DNA of 64,000 nt. Source: Mobula hypostoma. Its lineage: Eukaryota. The stretch is taken from contig NC_086097.1 in NCBI RefSeq assembly GCF_963921235.1, positions 212,042,001 to 212,106,000 on the forward strand, read 5' to 3'. The notes beneath the pieces were generated by a model. It was given only the letters and a program-made list of their open reading frames with translations. It was not told where the DNA came from and ran no database searches. The translations under genes and the position numbers were made by a program. Of the stretch, positions 26,501-37,608 are shown one piece after another (the stretch's first letter is position 1; each line of letters begins with the position of its first letter).

Positions 26501-29500
26501 ATGTGGGAAGTCAGGGAGCCCTCCGGTGTCCCTGACAACGACACCTGCAAGAAATGCATCCAGCTGCATCTCCTAACAAACCGCGTTATGGAACTGGAGC
26601 AGGAGCTGGATGACCTCTACATCATTCGGGAGAATGAGGAGATTATAGATAGTAGCTACAGGGAGGTAGTTACGCCAGGAGCAGAGCACAAGAAATTGGG
26701 TCACTTTCAGGCGAGGGAAGAGGAAAGGGCTGGCAGAGCAGGGTTCCCCTGTGGCCATTCTCCTCAACATCAGGTATACTGCATTGGATACTGTTGGGGG
26801 GGGATGACTTACCTGGGACAAGCTGCAGCAGACAGATCTCTGGCACTGAGTCTGGTTCTGCAGTGCAGAAGGGAGGGTGGAAAAAGAGGAGAGCGGTAGT
26901 GATAGGGGATTCGATAGTTAGAGGTACAGATAGGAGGTTCTGTGGTCGTGACAGAGAATCCAGGATGGTTTGTTGCCTCGGGGTGCCAGGGTCAAGGATG
27001 TCTCTGATTGATTGCATGACATTCTGAAGTGGGAGGGTGATTAGCCAGATGTCGTGGTGCACATCGGTACGACATAGCAAGGAAGAGTGAGGAGGTCCTG
27101 GAGAGTGAGTATAGAGAGCTTGGTGGGAAGTTGAAAAGCAGGACCTCGAGAGTGGTAATCTCAGGATTGCTACGTGCCAGTGAGGGTAAGAATAGGATGC
27201 TCTGGAGGATGAACAAGTGGCTGAGGAACTTGTGTAGGGGGCAGGGTTTCAGATTTCAGGATCATTGGGACCTCTTCTGGGACAGGTGGGACCTGTACAA
27301 GAGAGATGGGTTACACTTGAACTACAGGGGGACCAATATCCTTTCAGGGAGGTTTGTTAGTGCTATTGGGGAGGCTTTAAACTAGATTTGCAGGGGGATG
27401 GGAGCCAGAGTGCCAGAGCTGACAGTGTGGCTGGGGTGAAAATAAATGATGTTAAAAGTTCAAGCAAAGCCGCAAATAGAAAGGTTGTGAGTGGTGGTAA
27501 AAATCTTCTGAGGTGTATATATTTCAATGCTAGGAGTATTGCGGGGAAGGCGGACGAATCGAGGGGCGTGGATTGACAGGTGGAATTATGACGTTATAGG
27601 AATGAGTGAAACTTGGCTACAGGAGGGGCAGGACTGGCAGCTTAATATTCCAGGGTTCCGATGTTTCAGATGTGATAGAGGCAGAGGAAAGAAAGGTGGC
27701 GGGGGGGGGGGGGGTAAGCATTGCTTGTCAGGGAAAATGTTACAGCAGTGCTCAGGCAGGACAGATTAGAGGGCTTGTCTACTGAGTCCTTATGGGTGGA
27801 GCTGAGAAACAGGAAAGGTATGGCCACATTAGTGGGGTTGTATTACAGACCACCCAATTGTCAGTGAGAATTGGAGGAGCAAATCTGCAGAGAGATAGCA
27901 GGCAACTGCAGGAAACATAAAGTTGTGGTGGTAGGGGATTTTAATTTTCCATATATTGATTGGGACTCCCATACTGTTAAGGGTCTAGATGGTTTAGAGT
28001 TTGTAAAATGTGTTCAGGAAAGCTTTCTAAATCAATATATAGAGGGACCAACTAGAGGGGATGCAATATTGGATCTCCTGTTAGGAAACGAGTTCGGACA
28101 AGTGACGGAAGTCTGTGTAGGGGAGCACTTTGGTTCCAGTGATCATAACACCATTAGTTTCAACTTGTTCATGGACAAGGATAGATCTGGTCCTAGGGGT
28201 GAGGTTCTGAACTGGAAGAAGGCCAAATTTGAAGAAATGAGAAAGGATCTAAAAAGCGTGGATTGGGACAGGTTGTTCTCTGGCAAGGATGTGATCGGTA
28301 GGTGGGAAGCCTTCAAAGGAGAAATTTTGAGAGTGCAGAGTTTGTATGTTCCTGCCAGGATTAAAGGCAAAGTGAATAGGAATAAGGAACCTTGGTTCTC
28401 AAGGAATATTGCAACTCTGATAAAGAAGAAGAGGGAGTTGTATGACATGTATAGGAAACAGGGAGTAAATAAGGTGCTTGAGAAGTATAAAAAGTGCAAG
28501 AAAATACTTAAGGAAATCAGGAGGGCTGAAAGAAGACATGAGGTTGCCTTGGCAGTCAAAGTGAAGGATAATCCCAAGAGCTTTTACAGGTATATTAAAA
28601 AGATTGTAAGGGATAAAATTGGTCCTCTTGAAGATCAGAGTGGTTGGCTGTGTGCGGAACCAAAAGAAATGGGGGAGATCTTAAATGGGTTTTTTGCATC
28701 TGTAGTTACTAAGGAAACTGGCATGAAGTCTATGGAATTAAGGGAAACAAGTAGTGAGATCATGGAAACTGTACAGATTGAAAAGGAGGAGGAGGTGCTT
28801 GCTATCTTGAGGCAAATTGAAGTGCATAAATCCCCAGGACCTGATAGGGTATTCTCTCGGACCTTGAAGGAGACTAGTGTTGAAATTGCAGGGGCCCTGG
28901 CAGATATATTTAAAATGTCGGTGTCTACTGGTGAGGTGCTGGAGTGGCTCATGTTGTTCTGTTGTTTAAAAAAAGGATCGAAAAGTAATCTGGGAAATTA
29001 TAGGCCAGTAAGTTTGACGTCGGTAGTGGGTAAGTTATTGGAGGGAGTACTAAGAGACAGAATCTACAAGCATTTGGATAGACAGGGACTTATTAAGGGG
29101 GAGTCAACAGGGCTTTGTGCGTGGTAGGTCATGTTTGACCAATCTATTGGAGTTTTTCGAGGAGGTTACCTGGAAAGTGGATGAAGGGAAGGCAGTAGAT
29201 GTTGTCTACATGGACTTCAGTAAGGCCTTTGACAAGGTCCCGCATGGGAGGTTAGTTAGGAAAATTCAGTCGCTAGGTATATGAGGAGAGGTGGTAAATT
29301 GGATGAGACATTGGCTCAATGGAAGAAGCCAAAGAGTGGTAGTAGAGAATTGCTTCTCTGAGTGGAGGCCTGTGACTAGTGGTGTGCCACAGGGATCAGT
29401 GCTGGGTCCATTGTTATTTGTCATCTATATCAATGATCTGGATGATAATGTGGTAAATTGGATCAGCAAATTTGCTGATGATACAAAGATTGGAGGTGTA

Positions 29501-32500
29501 GTGGACAGTGAGGAAAGTTTTCAAAGCCTGCAGAGGGACTTGGACCAGCTGGAAAAATGGCAGATGGAGTTTAATACGGACAAGTGTGAGGTATTGCACT
29601 TTGGGAGGACAAACCAAGGTATAACATACAGGGTAAATGGTAAGGCACTGAGGAGTGCAGTAGAACAGAGGGATCTGGGAATACAGATACAAAATTCCCT
29701 AAAAGTGGCGGCAAGAGAGCTTTTGGTACATTGGCCTTTATTAATCGAAGTATTGAGTAAAAGAGCTGGAATGTTATGATGAGGTTGTATAAGGCATTGG
29801 TGAGACTGAATCTGGAGTATTGTGTTCAGTTTTGGTCACCAAATTACAGGAAGGATATAAATAAGGTTGAAAGAGTGCAGAGAAGGTTTACAAGGATGTT
29901 GCCGGGACTTGAGAAACTCAGTTACAGAGAAAGGTTGAATAGGTTAGGACTTTATCAAATCTCCCCTCATTCTTCTATGCTCCAGGGAATAGAGGTATAT
30001 AAAATTATGATGGGTATAGATAGAGTGAATTGCAAGCAGGCTTTTTCCACTGAGGCAAGGGGAGAAAAAAACCAGAGGACATGGGTTAAGGGTGAGGGGG
30101 GAAAAGATTAAAGGGAACACTGGGGGGGGGCTTCTTCACACAGAGAGTGGTGGGAGTATGGAATGAGCTGCCAGACGAGGTGGTAAATGCGGGTTCTTTT
30201 TTAACATTTAAGAATAAATTGGAGAGATATGGTCTGTGTGCAGGTCAGTGGGACTAGGCAGAAAATAGTTCGTTCGGCTGGCCAAGAAGGGCCAAAAGGC
30301 CTGTTTCTGTGCTGTAGTTTTTCTTTGATTTCTGTGTAGATTTAAGAGTGGGGGGAACATGGCATCACAGTGTTAAGAAATTAAAGATCATTAATATGAA
30401 GAGCAGTGAAGTAGATCATTTGAGTTGTCATGAAGACATGACTGATAATTGGCTTGAGTAATGAACAGAACAGTACAGCCCTGGAACAGGCTTCTTGACC
30501 TACAATATCTGTACCAACCGTGATGCCGTTCCAAAATAATCCCTTCTGTCTGCACATGATTTATATTCTTCTATTCCTTGCCTATTCTTGAACATGTGTA
30601 AATATCTCTCTGATGTTTCACCATTTCTGCGGGCAGCACATTCAAAGTACCTATCACTCTGCCTAAAAAAAAATTAAAAGAAAACCTTGCTCATTAAATC
30701 TTCCTTAAACCAATGTCCCTCTTATCTTAAAGTTATGCCCTCCAGTATCTGACATTTCCATTCTGGGGGAAATGCTCTATCTAACCTATTAGTCAATGCC
30801 TCTCATAGAATGTATACAAAACTATTAAGTATTCCGACAATTATGACATCTTAAAGACAGTTGGACAGGTACATGAATAGGACAGGTTTAGAGGAATATG
30901 AGATGCACTCAGTTAGACAGCTTGGTTGATATTATTGAGTTGGGTCGAAAGATTTGTTTTCTGTACTTATATAGTTCTATGACTCCAATCAGCCCTGCTA
31001 TGTTTTGTCCAAACTATTTGGTATGTACCAAGCAAGAGCTCTCAATTCCAATCTTTGCAGATCTTCAGTTAGAGTAATCTCCTCTGCCATTATCCATTAT
31101 TTCATATGGCCAAGCCCATTTTTGAATCCAGTGTAGTAGGACTCCATGTGCCTTAATCTGGAGCAGCCTAGTACGTACACTTTACTAATGTTCATACATA
31201 CACTGCCTTGCCCTCATCTTTATCACCACCTACAAAAAAAAACACAGATCTGTAATGTTTGATAGAAAAGTTGTTTATATTGTTCTTTTTGATGCTTTTT
31301 GATAAATGATTACATTTTAACTAATATGTACTTGTATAGCTGTGGCAGCTACTATGTATACATTATTTTCCACTGCAAATATTTCTGATAATGATTTCTG
31401 AAGCAAGGAAATTTGACAAATGTTCAAATATCTAAATGACTTAAGTAAAATTTGTGAATTAGGGTTTATTATTAATCTGTAACTTCCTTTTTGCGAAGGC
31501 CTTTTGAACGTACAATCACTATGCACAAAGACAGCACAGGACACGTTGGCTTCATTTTCAAGAATGGAAAAATTACCTCAATTGTTAAAGACAGCTCAGC
31601 TGCCAGAAATGGACTCTTAACTGACCATAACATCTGTGAAGTTAATGGGCAGAATGTCATTGGGCTTAAGGTGAGATAAATGATATTTTACTTGCTAAAC
31701 TACAGAGACCATTTAAAATAATGTAGAATAATTGGAAATGAACAAACTGCAACTATGGAAAATGTTATGGTTCAATAATGATAGTCTCAAGTCAAAGACT
31801 GTTTCTTCTGTTCCATTTTGCCTGAGCTGCTGAATACTTTCTGCATTTTGTTTTTGCTTAATATCACCAGATAGTTTTCTTGAATTTTGCATACAAATTT
31901 ATTCATTTTAATTCACTGTGCTTAGGCTTTGTTTAAGTTCAGTGGCTCATGAATCTTGCGGTTTATTGATTGTGCATTCTCTTTACAGCTTAAATTGTTC
32001 AAATCCAATCCTCCATTACTTTTTCTTTGTCTTAGCTGTTTTACTACAAGTCTAACAATTTCTGGAAACTTAAAGATTGAATTGACTTCTTCCTTACATC
32101 CTTTATATTTATGCGGAGTAAAAATCTTTGTTATGTCTCTAAATGTGAAATTTATAGTAACTTAAATATTACGTACAACAGAATAGTCAGTATAACAGAA
32201 ATACAGTTAAACTTCATTCACTTTAAATTCACTGCAAAATATTTTTTTCCCCCAAAAGGACCCTACCTGAAAGCAAATTTGATTCTCCCTCTCTCGCTAT
32301 CTATCTGTCTGCTCAAAACCAATAGGTAGCTTCAATTCTGCCACCCTTTGGGACCATCTGTCACTGGATAATATTTGCTGTTAAATTATGGTGCAAGTCT
32401 ATCTAATCATCTTCACAAATCCGTTCAAAGCAACTGCTCATATCCCACAAACATTTAGGATCTTCAAAACTTGAACTGGATATATAAATACAAGAGATTT

Positions 32501-33765
32501 TGCAGATGTTGTTCATGAGCAAGAAGTTAAAACTGAAATTTCTGTCAGCGTGTCTTTAAGGTACATGAAATATTGATCATTATTTTCATAATGTCCGAAC
32601 AGGACCCACAGATCGCTGATATTCTGGCAACAGCAGGGAATGTAATAACAATTACCATAATGCCTTCGTATATTCATGAACACATGATGAAAAGGTAAGT
32701 GTTGATTTTAACTAGCTTCAGAGAAACTTGGTCATGTGATATATTACAATTCATGCTACCTCAGTTAATTTTTAGCACCATCTGTTTAATAGTTCAACTC
32801 ATACAGCAAGACAAATGAACTGCATGATCAGCTAGGAGCAGTTATGTCAATGTTTAGGTTATTATATAAATCTATATAGCATCCTCATTTAACAGTGGCT
32901 AACAGCTCCATTCCTCTGTAATGACATCCTAAATGACAGTTGGGAGCAATTGAGTCATTTTCAACTGACTATCAGGAATTTGTTGTATTGCACAGGGATC
33001 AATGGGTCTCCATTGTTTGTAATGATAACTTGGATAAAGGGATATAGTCAAACCAGAAACAAATAGAGTGTAAGGACACAGCTGGCAGAGGGATATTGAG
33101 TAAGGAATTATCAACTCAAGTACAATGTGGTTATAATCTTAAAGAATGAGAAAGCAGATTGTAAATTCCCTTCATTTAAATAATATGTTTGCATTACTGA
33201 GTTAGTATAAAATTAATTGCACAGATATAGAGTATAATGGAAGTTTTGGTGTAACTTCACAGGACACGGGTGAAGACATTTAATGAAGGATATGTTTAAA
33301 TTGAAGACAAGAATATTTGAGCAAATTTAGTCTGTGCTCATAGAATGAGAAGTGATCTAGACCTGCTGTGGGCATGGTTTAAGGATCATTCATTGCAGAA
33401 GGAAGTGAGTAATTGAATGTAAAGACTAGCAGATGTTTAAAGTACAAAGGAATCAAGAGAACAGCAGAGAGTTGGAAAATGATGTTGAAGCCAAGGTTGG
33501 ATCAGATATAAACGATGAACATAAGAGTAGGGCATTCAGGGCTGATCTTTTATCTTAGTACACTTCTCTTAAGATCCACTGGTTCAGAACGGCAGCAAGA
33601 ATTTACACAACCTTGCTTAAAAGCATAATTTTAACCATTTAAAGTGTAACTAATCACTTTAGAAGAGAGCAGGCATTGGTCTAAAATAACTTATGCTTTG
33701 TTATTCCTAGGATGGCTTCAAGCATTGTCAAGTCTTTAATGGATCATGGTATTCCTGAGGTGTAA
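14511..33765 (+). CDS. SDCBP: Syntenin-1 (syndecan-binding protein), spliced CDS join(14511..14561,17066..17144,22756..22856,23044..23205,24556..24731,31499..31670,32603..32694,33711..33765), 295 aa
   Basis: The exons join in frame (51+79+101+162+176+172+92+55=888 nt) with GT-AG introns. The protein begins [19 protein letters not shown], contains LYPRLYPEL and two PDZ domains, and ends [10 protein letters not shown]. Confidence 0.97.
17066..17144 (+). CDS. SDCBP: SDCBP exon 3
   Basis: tttttcag|[26 protein letters not shown]+G|gtaagt; 79 nt, phase-compatible with both neighbours. Confidence 0.92.
18030..18720 (-). mobile_element. CR1 3' fragment, interrupted by a small hAT MITE
   Basis: [29 protein letters not shown]. 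Confidence 0.8.
18294..18373. mobile_element. 80-bp hAT/Charlie-type MITE
   Basis: Termini (a)AGGGGTTCCCAAC...GTTGGGACCCCCTG; 8-bp TSD CTCTATTC (18286-93) / TTCTATTC (18374-81) with a central TA. Confidence 0.75.
19070..20335 (+). mobile_element. CR1 LINE 3' half
   Basis: [52 protein letters not shown]. Confidence 0.88.
20495..21910 (-). mobile_element. Internally deleted CR1 remnants (ORF1 esterase and endonuclease parts)
   Basis: [26 protein letters not shown] (SGNH block) and a reverse-strand [14 protein letters not shown] motif near 21870-21895. Confidence 0.75.
22030..22445 (-). mobile_element. Non-LTR retrotransposon RT C-terminal remnant (Rex1/Babar- or L2-like)
   Basis: Reverse strand encodes [23 protein letters not shown] sequence. 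Confidence 0.55.
22756..22856 (+). CDS. SDCBP: SDCBP exon 4
   Basis: ttttacag|(A)[33 protein letters not shown]|gtaagt. Confidence 0.95.
23044..23205 (+). CDS. SDCBP: SDCBP exon 5 (start of PDZ1)
   Basis: cacag|[54 protein letters not shown]|gtaagt. Confidence 0.96.
24556..24731 (+). CDS. SDCBP: SDCBP exon 6 (PDZ1)
   Basis: ctgcag|[58 protein letters not shown]+AG|gtaaaa. Confidence 0.96.
24818..24912. repeat. Perfect 47-bp tandem duplication
   Basis: ACATGTTGAGTGTAAGTGTGAATTTAGCTATCACATATTTGTACCTG occurs twice (starts at 24818 and 24865). Confidence 0.95.
25465..26080 (-). mobile_element. CR1 3' fragment
   Basis: Closely resembles the 18030-18720 fragment (e.g. attctcctgccttctcc, cctcttgaaatgaatgctaac). 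Confidence 0.75.
26270..30335 (+). mobile_element. Full-length decayed CR1 LINE in SDCBP intron 6 (5'UTR, ORF1 Zn-finger/coiled-coil/esterase, ORF2 EN-RT)
   Basis: [63 protein letters not shown] and [10 protein letters not shown]; many frameshifts; 5' boundary approximate. Confidence 0.93.
31499..31670 (+). CDS. SDCBP: SDCBP exon 7 (PDZ2)
   Basis: cgaag|(R)[57 protein letters not shown]|gtgaga; matches ORF 31491..31679. Confidence 0.96.
32603..32694 (+). CDS. SDCBP: SDCBP exon 8
   Basis: gaacag|[30 protein letters not shown]+AG|gtaagt. Confidence 0.95.
33711..33765 (+). CDS. SDCBP: SDCBP exon 9 (last coding exon)
   Basis: ttcctag|(R)[20 protein letters not shown]. Confidence 0.95.
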
Positions 33766-34227
33766 AGTCCGGGAACATGTGATGATTTATGTTGACTCAA
33801 CTTTTTAGGCTTCTAGATGGCCGTACTATAGTTAAAACAGCAGCCTGGATTGTACCCAGCTTTCAAGATTAACTCTTGCAATCTAACTGTATACTCAAGA
33901 TAATATACAAATTGAGCTGTTTTATTTACTCTGCTACCCGTTTACAAAGCAAAGAATTGACACAGACTGCCTCTGACTGCCTCTGATCATTCCTTTTATA
34001 CACTTCATTGTTCCATATTCTTTTGATTTATATATGGTGTGGAATAGTAATTTGACAGTATTTAAACTCCAGTGAAATTATCCATCTTTGTTTCCTTATT
34101 CTAGCTAATTGATAGTTTTAGTTCTGTTCTTTCTTCGATTATTAGCACATTTATGTAGTATTTTAAGAGAATTGCCATCATTGGAATTCATCCACTAAAA
34201 TGATCAATGTAGTTAATTTGATGTAGA

Positions 34228-34233
34228 AATAAA
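34228..34233 (+). terminator. SDCBP: Candidate SDCBP polyadenylation signal AATAAA
   Basis: First AATAAA I found downstream of the stop codon (~460 nt), followed by T/GT-rich sequence. Confidence 0.55.
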
Positions 34234-34705
34234 GTATCTTGAACATTTTTCATTAAGTGTCTTAGTTCTTTACGGGGCAAGAAATTGACACCATGGCTTA
34301 GTCTAATTGCAACATTTTTTTTAAACAAAAGGAAAATGTTTTACAACTATAGCACTGAAGTGTTTGGATACTAACAGTAATTCACAGATAAAAGGCAACT
34401 CAGCATCACCTAGGGATTAAAAAAAATCTTACCAGCCTACCCCCAGGTTTTGGTTCAATCATCCATCATAAACCTTCCACCAATGAGTCAAGTGCATCTC
34501 CAAAAACCTTGATATCTTGGAAATTCAGCAAGCACCAGGGAACTAGATAATTCAGTCACAATAAAACCACTGATGAAATGATAAACATGTATATTCAATC
34601 ACGGACTAATTAATGTAGTGCGCCCATCTTTCAGGTTTGCTGTTGCTCATCATACAACCCTAAAGCATTTTCCTAGTTGCTGCTTAACAATTGGTGAAAT
34701 GCAGC

Positions 34706-37188
34706 ATCTTTGTTATAATGGGTGACTTCAATCTACATGTAGATTGGGTGAACCAAATTGGTAAAGGTGCTGAGGAAGAGGATTTCTTGGAATGTATGCG
34801 GGATGGTTTTTTGAACCAACATGTCGAGGAACCAACTAGAGAGCAGGCTATTCTGGACTGGGTTTTGAGCAATGAGGAAGGGTTAATTAGCAATCTTGTT
34901 GTGAGAGGCCCCTTGGGTAAGAGTGACCATAATATGGTGGAATTCTTCATTAAGACGGAGAGTGACATAGTTAATTCAGAAACAAAGGTTCTGAATTTAA
35001 AGAGGGGTGACTTTGAAGGTGTGAGACGTGAATTAGCTAAGATAGACTGGCAAATGACACTTAAAGGATTGACGGTGGATATGCAATGGCAAGCATTTAA
35101 AGGTTGCATGGATGAACTACAACAATTGTTCATCCCAGTTTGGCAAAAGAATAAATCAAGGAAGGTAGTGCACCTGTGGCTGACAAGAGAAATTAGGGAT
35201 AGTATCAATTCCAAAGAAGAAGCATACAAATTAGCCAGAGAAAGTGGCTCACCTGAGGACTGGGAGAAATTCAGAGTTCAGCAGAGGAGGACAAAGGGCT
35301 TAATTAGGAAGGGGAAAAAAGATTATGAGAGAAAACTGCAGGGAACATAAAAACAGACTGTAAAAGCTTTTATAGATATGTAAAAAGGAAAAGACTGGTA
35401 AAGACAAATGTAGGTCCCCTGCAGACAGAAACAGGTGAATTGATTATGGGGAGCAAGGACATGGCGGACCAATTGAATAATTACTTTGGTTCTGTCTTCA
35501 CTAAGGAGGACATAAATAATCTTCCAGAAATAGTAGGGGACAGAGGGTCCAGTGAGATGGAGAAACTGAGCGAAATACATGTTAGTAGAGAAGTGGTGTT
35601 AGGTAAATTGAAGGGATTGAAGCCAGATAAATCCCCAGGGCCAGATGGTCTGCATCCTAGAGTGCTTAAGGAAGTAGCCCAAGAAATAGTGGATGCATTA
35701 GTGATAATTTTTCAAAACTCGTTAGATTCTGGACTAGTTCCTGAGGATTGGAGGGTGGCTAATGTAACTCCACTTTTTAAAAAAGGAGGGAGAGAGAAAC
35801 TGGGGAATTATAGACCGGTTAGCCTAACGTCGGTGGTGGGGAAACTGCTGGAGTCAGTTATCAAGGATGCGATAACAGCACATTTGGAAAGCGGTGAAAT
35901 GATCGGACAAAGTCAGCATGGATTTGTGAAAGGAAAATCATGTCTGACGAATCTCATAGAATTTTTTGAGGATGTAATTAGTAGAGTGGATAGGGGAGAA
36001 CCAGTGGATATGGTATATTTGGATTTTCAAAAGGCTTTTGACATGGTCCCACACAGGAGATTAGTGTGCAGACTTAAAGCACATGGTATTGGTGTGGGTG
36101 GAGAATTGGTTAGCAGACAGGAAGCAAAGAGTGGGAATAAACGGGACCTTTTCAGAATGGCAGGCGGTGACTAGTGGGGTACTGCAAGGCTCAGTGCTGG
36201 GACCCCAGTTGTTTACAATATATATTAATGACTTGGATGAGGGAATTAAATGCAGCATCTCCAAGTTTGCGGATGACACAAAGCTGGGTGGCAGTGTTAG
36301 CTGTGAGGAGGATGCAGGGTGACTTGGATAGGTTGGGTGAGTGGGAAAATTCATGGCAGATGCAATTTAATGTGGATAAATGTGAAGTTATCCACTTTGG
36401 TGGCAAAAATAGGAAAACAGATTATTATCTGAATGGTGGCAAATTAGGAAAAGGGGAGGTGCAACGAGACCTGGGTGTCATTATACACCAGTCATTGAAA
36501 GTGGGCATGCAGGTACAGCAGGCGGTGAAAAAGGCGAATGGTATGCTGGCATTTATAGTGAGATGATTCGAGTACAGGAGCAGGGAGGTACTACTGCAGT
36601 TGTACAAGGCCTTGGTGAAACCACACCTGGAGTATTGTGTGCAGTTTTGGTCCCCTAATCTGAGGAAAGACATCCTTGCCATAGAGGGAGTACAAAGAAG
36701 GTTCACCAGATTGATTCCTGGGATGGCAGGACTTTCATATGAAGAAAGACTGGATGAACTGGGCTTGTACTCGTTGGAATTTAGAAGATTGAGGGGGGAT
36801 CTGATTGAAATGTATAAAATCCTAAAGGGATTGGACAGGCTAGATGCAGGAAGATTGTTCCCGATGTTGGGGAAGTCCAGAACGAGGGGCCACAGTTTGA
36901 GGGTAGAGGGGAAGCCTTTTAGGACCGAGATTAGGAAAAACTTCTTCACACAGAGAGTGGTGAATCTGTGGAATTCTCTGTCACAGGAAACAGTTGAGGC
37001 CAGTTCATTGGCTATATTTAAGAGGGAGTTAGATATGGCCCTTGTGGCTATGGGGGTCAGGGGGTATGGAGGGAAGGCTGGGGCGGGGTTCTGAGTTGGA
37101 TGATCAGCCATGATCATAATAAATGGCGGTGCAGGCTCAAAGGGCCGAATGGCCTACTCCTGCACCTATTTTCTATGTTTCTATGTTT
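34706..37188 (+). mobile_element. 5'-truncated, relatively young CR1 LINE (ORF2) downstream of SDCBP
   Basis: Long ORF pieces [36 protein letters not shown] and [10 protein letters not shown]; (TTTCTATG)n tail at ~37170-37188. Confidence 0.92.
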
Positions 37189-37252
37189 GCAGTGAGGAGG
37201 GCCATACAACTAAGGCAGTACCTCAGAACAAAGCACCATGAAGTTGTGAGTT

Positions 37253-37337
37253 ACACAAAATGCTGGAGGAGCTCAGCAGGTTGAGCAGCAACTATGGTAA
37301 GGAATAAACAGTTGACGTTTCAGGCTTAGACCCTTCT
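37253..37337 (-). mobile_element. Short PLE-tail-derived fragment with half a hammerhead motif
   Basis: Homologous to 1357-1443; the reverse complement contains GAAGGGTCTAAGCCTGAAACGTCAACTG. Confidence 0.65.
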
Positions 37338-37370
37338 GTGTTCATGAAATTATGGCAGTTCCTCTGCATG

Positions 37371-37604
37371 GAAACATAGAAACAGAAAATAGGTGCAGGA
37401 GTAGGCCATTCGGCCCTTCGAGCCTGCATCGCCATTTATTATGATCATGGCTGATCATCCAACTCAGAACCCCGCCCCAGCCTTCCCTCCATACCCCCTG
37501 ATCCCCCTAGCCACAAGGGCCATATCTAACTCCCTCGTAAATATAGCCAATGAACTGGCCTCAACTGTTTCCTGTGGCAGAGAATTCCACAGATTCACCA
37601 CTCT
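37371..37604 (-). mobile_element. 3' end of the same CR1 family, inverted relative to the 34706-37188 copy
   Basis: Near-identical reverse complement of 36953-37188 (RVVNLWNSL.QETVEASSLAIF..GYGGKAGAGF in both). Confidence 0.92.
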
Positions 37605-37608
37605 AGTA

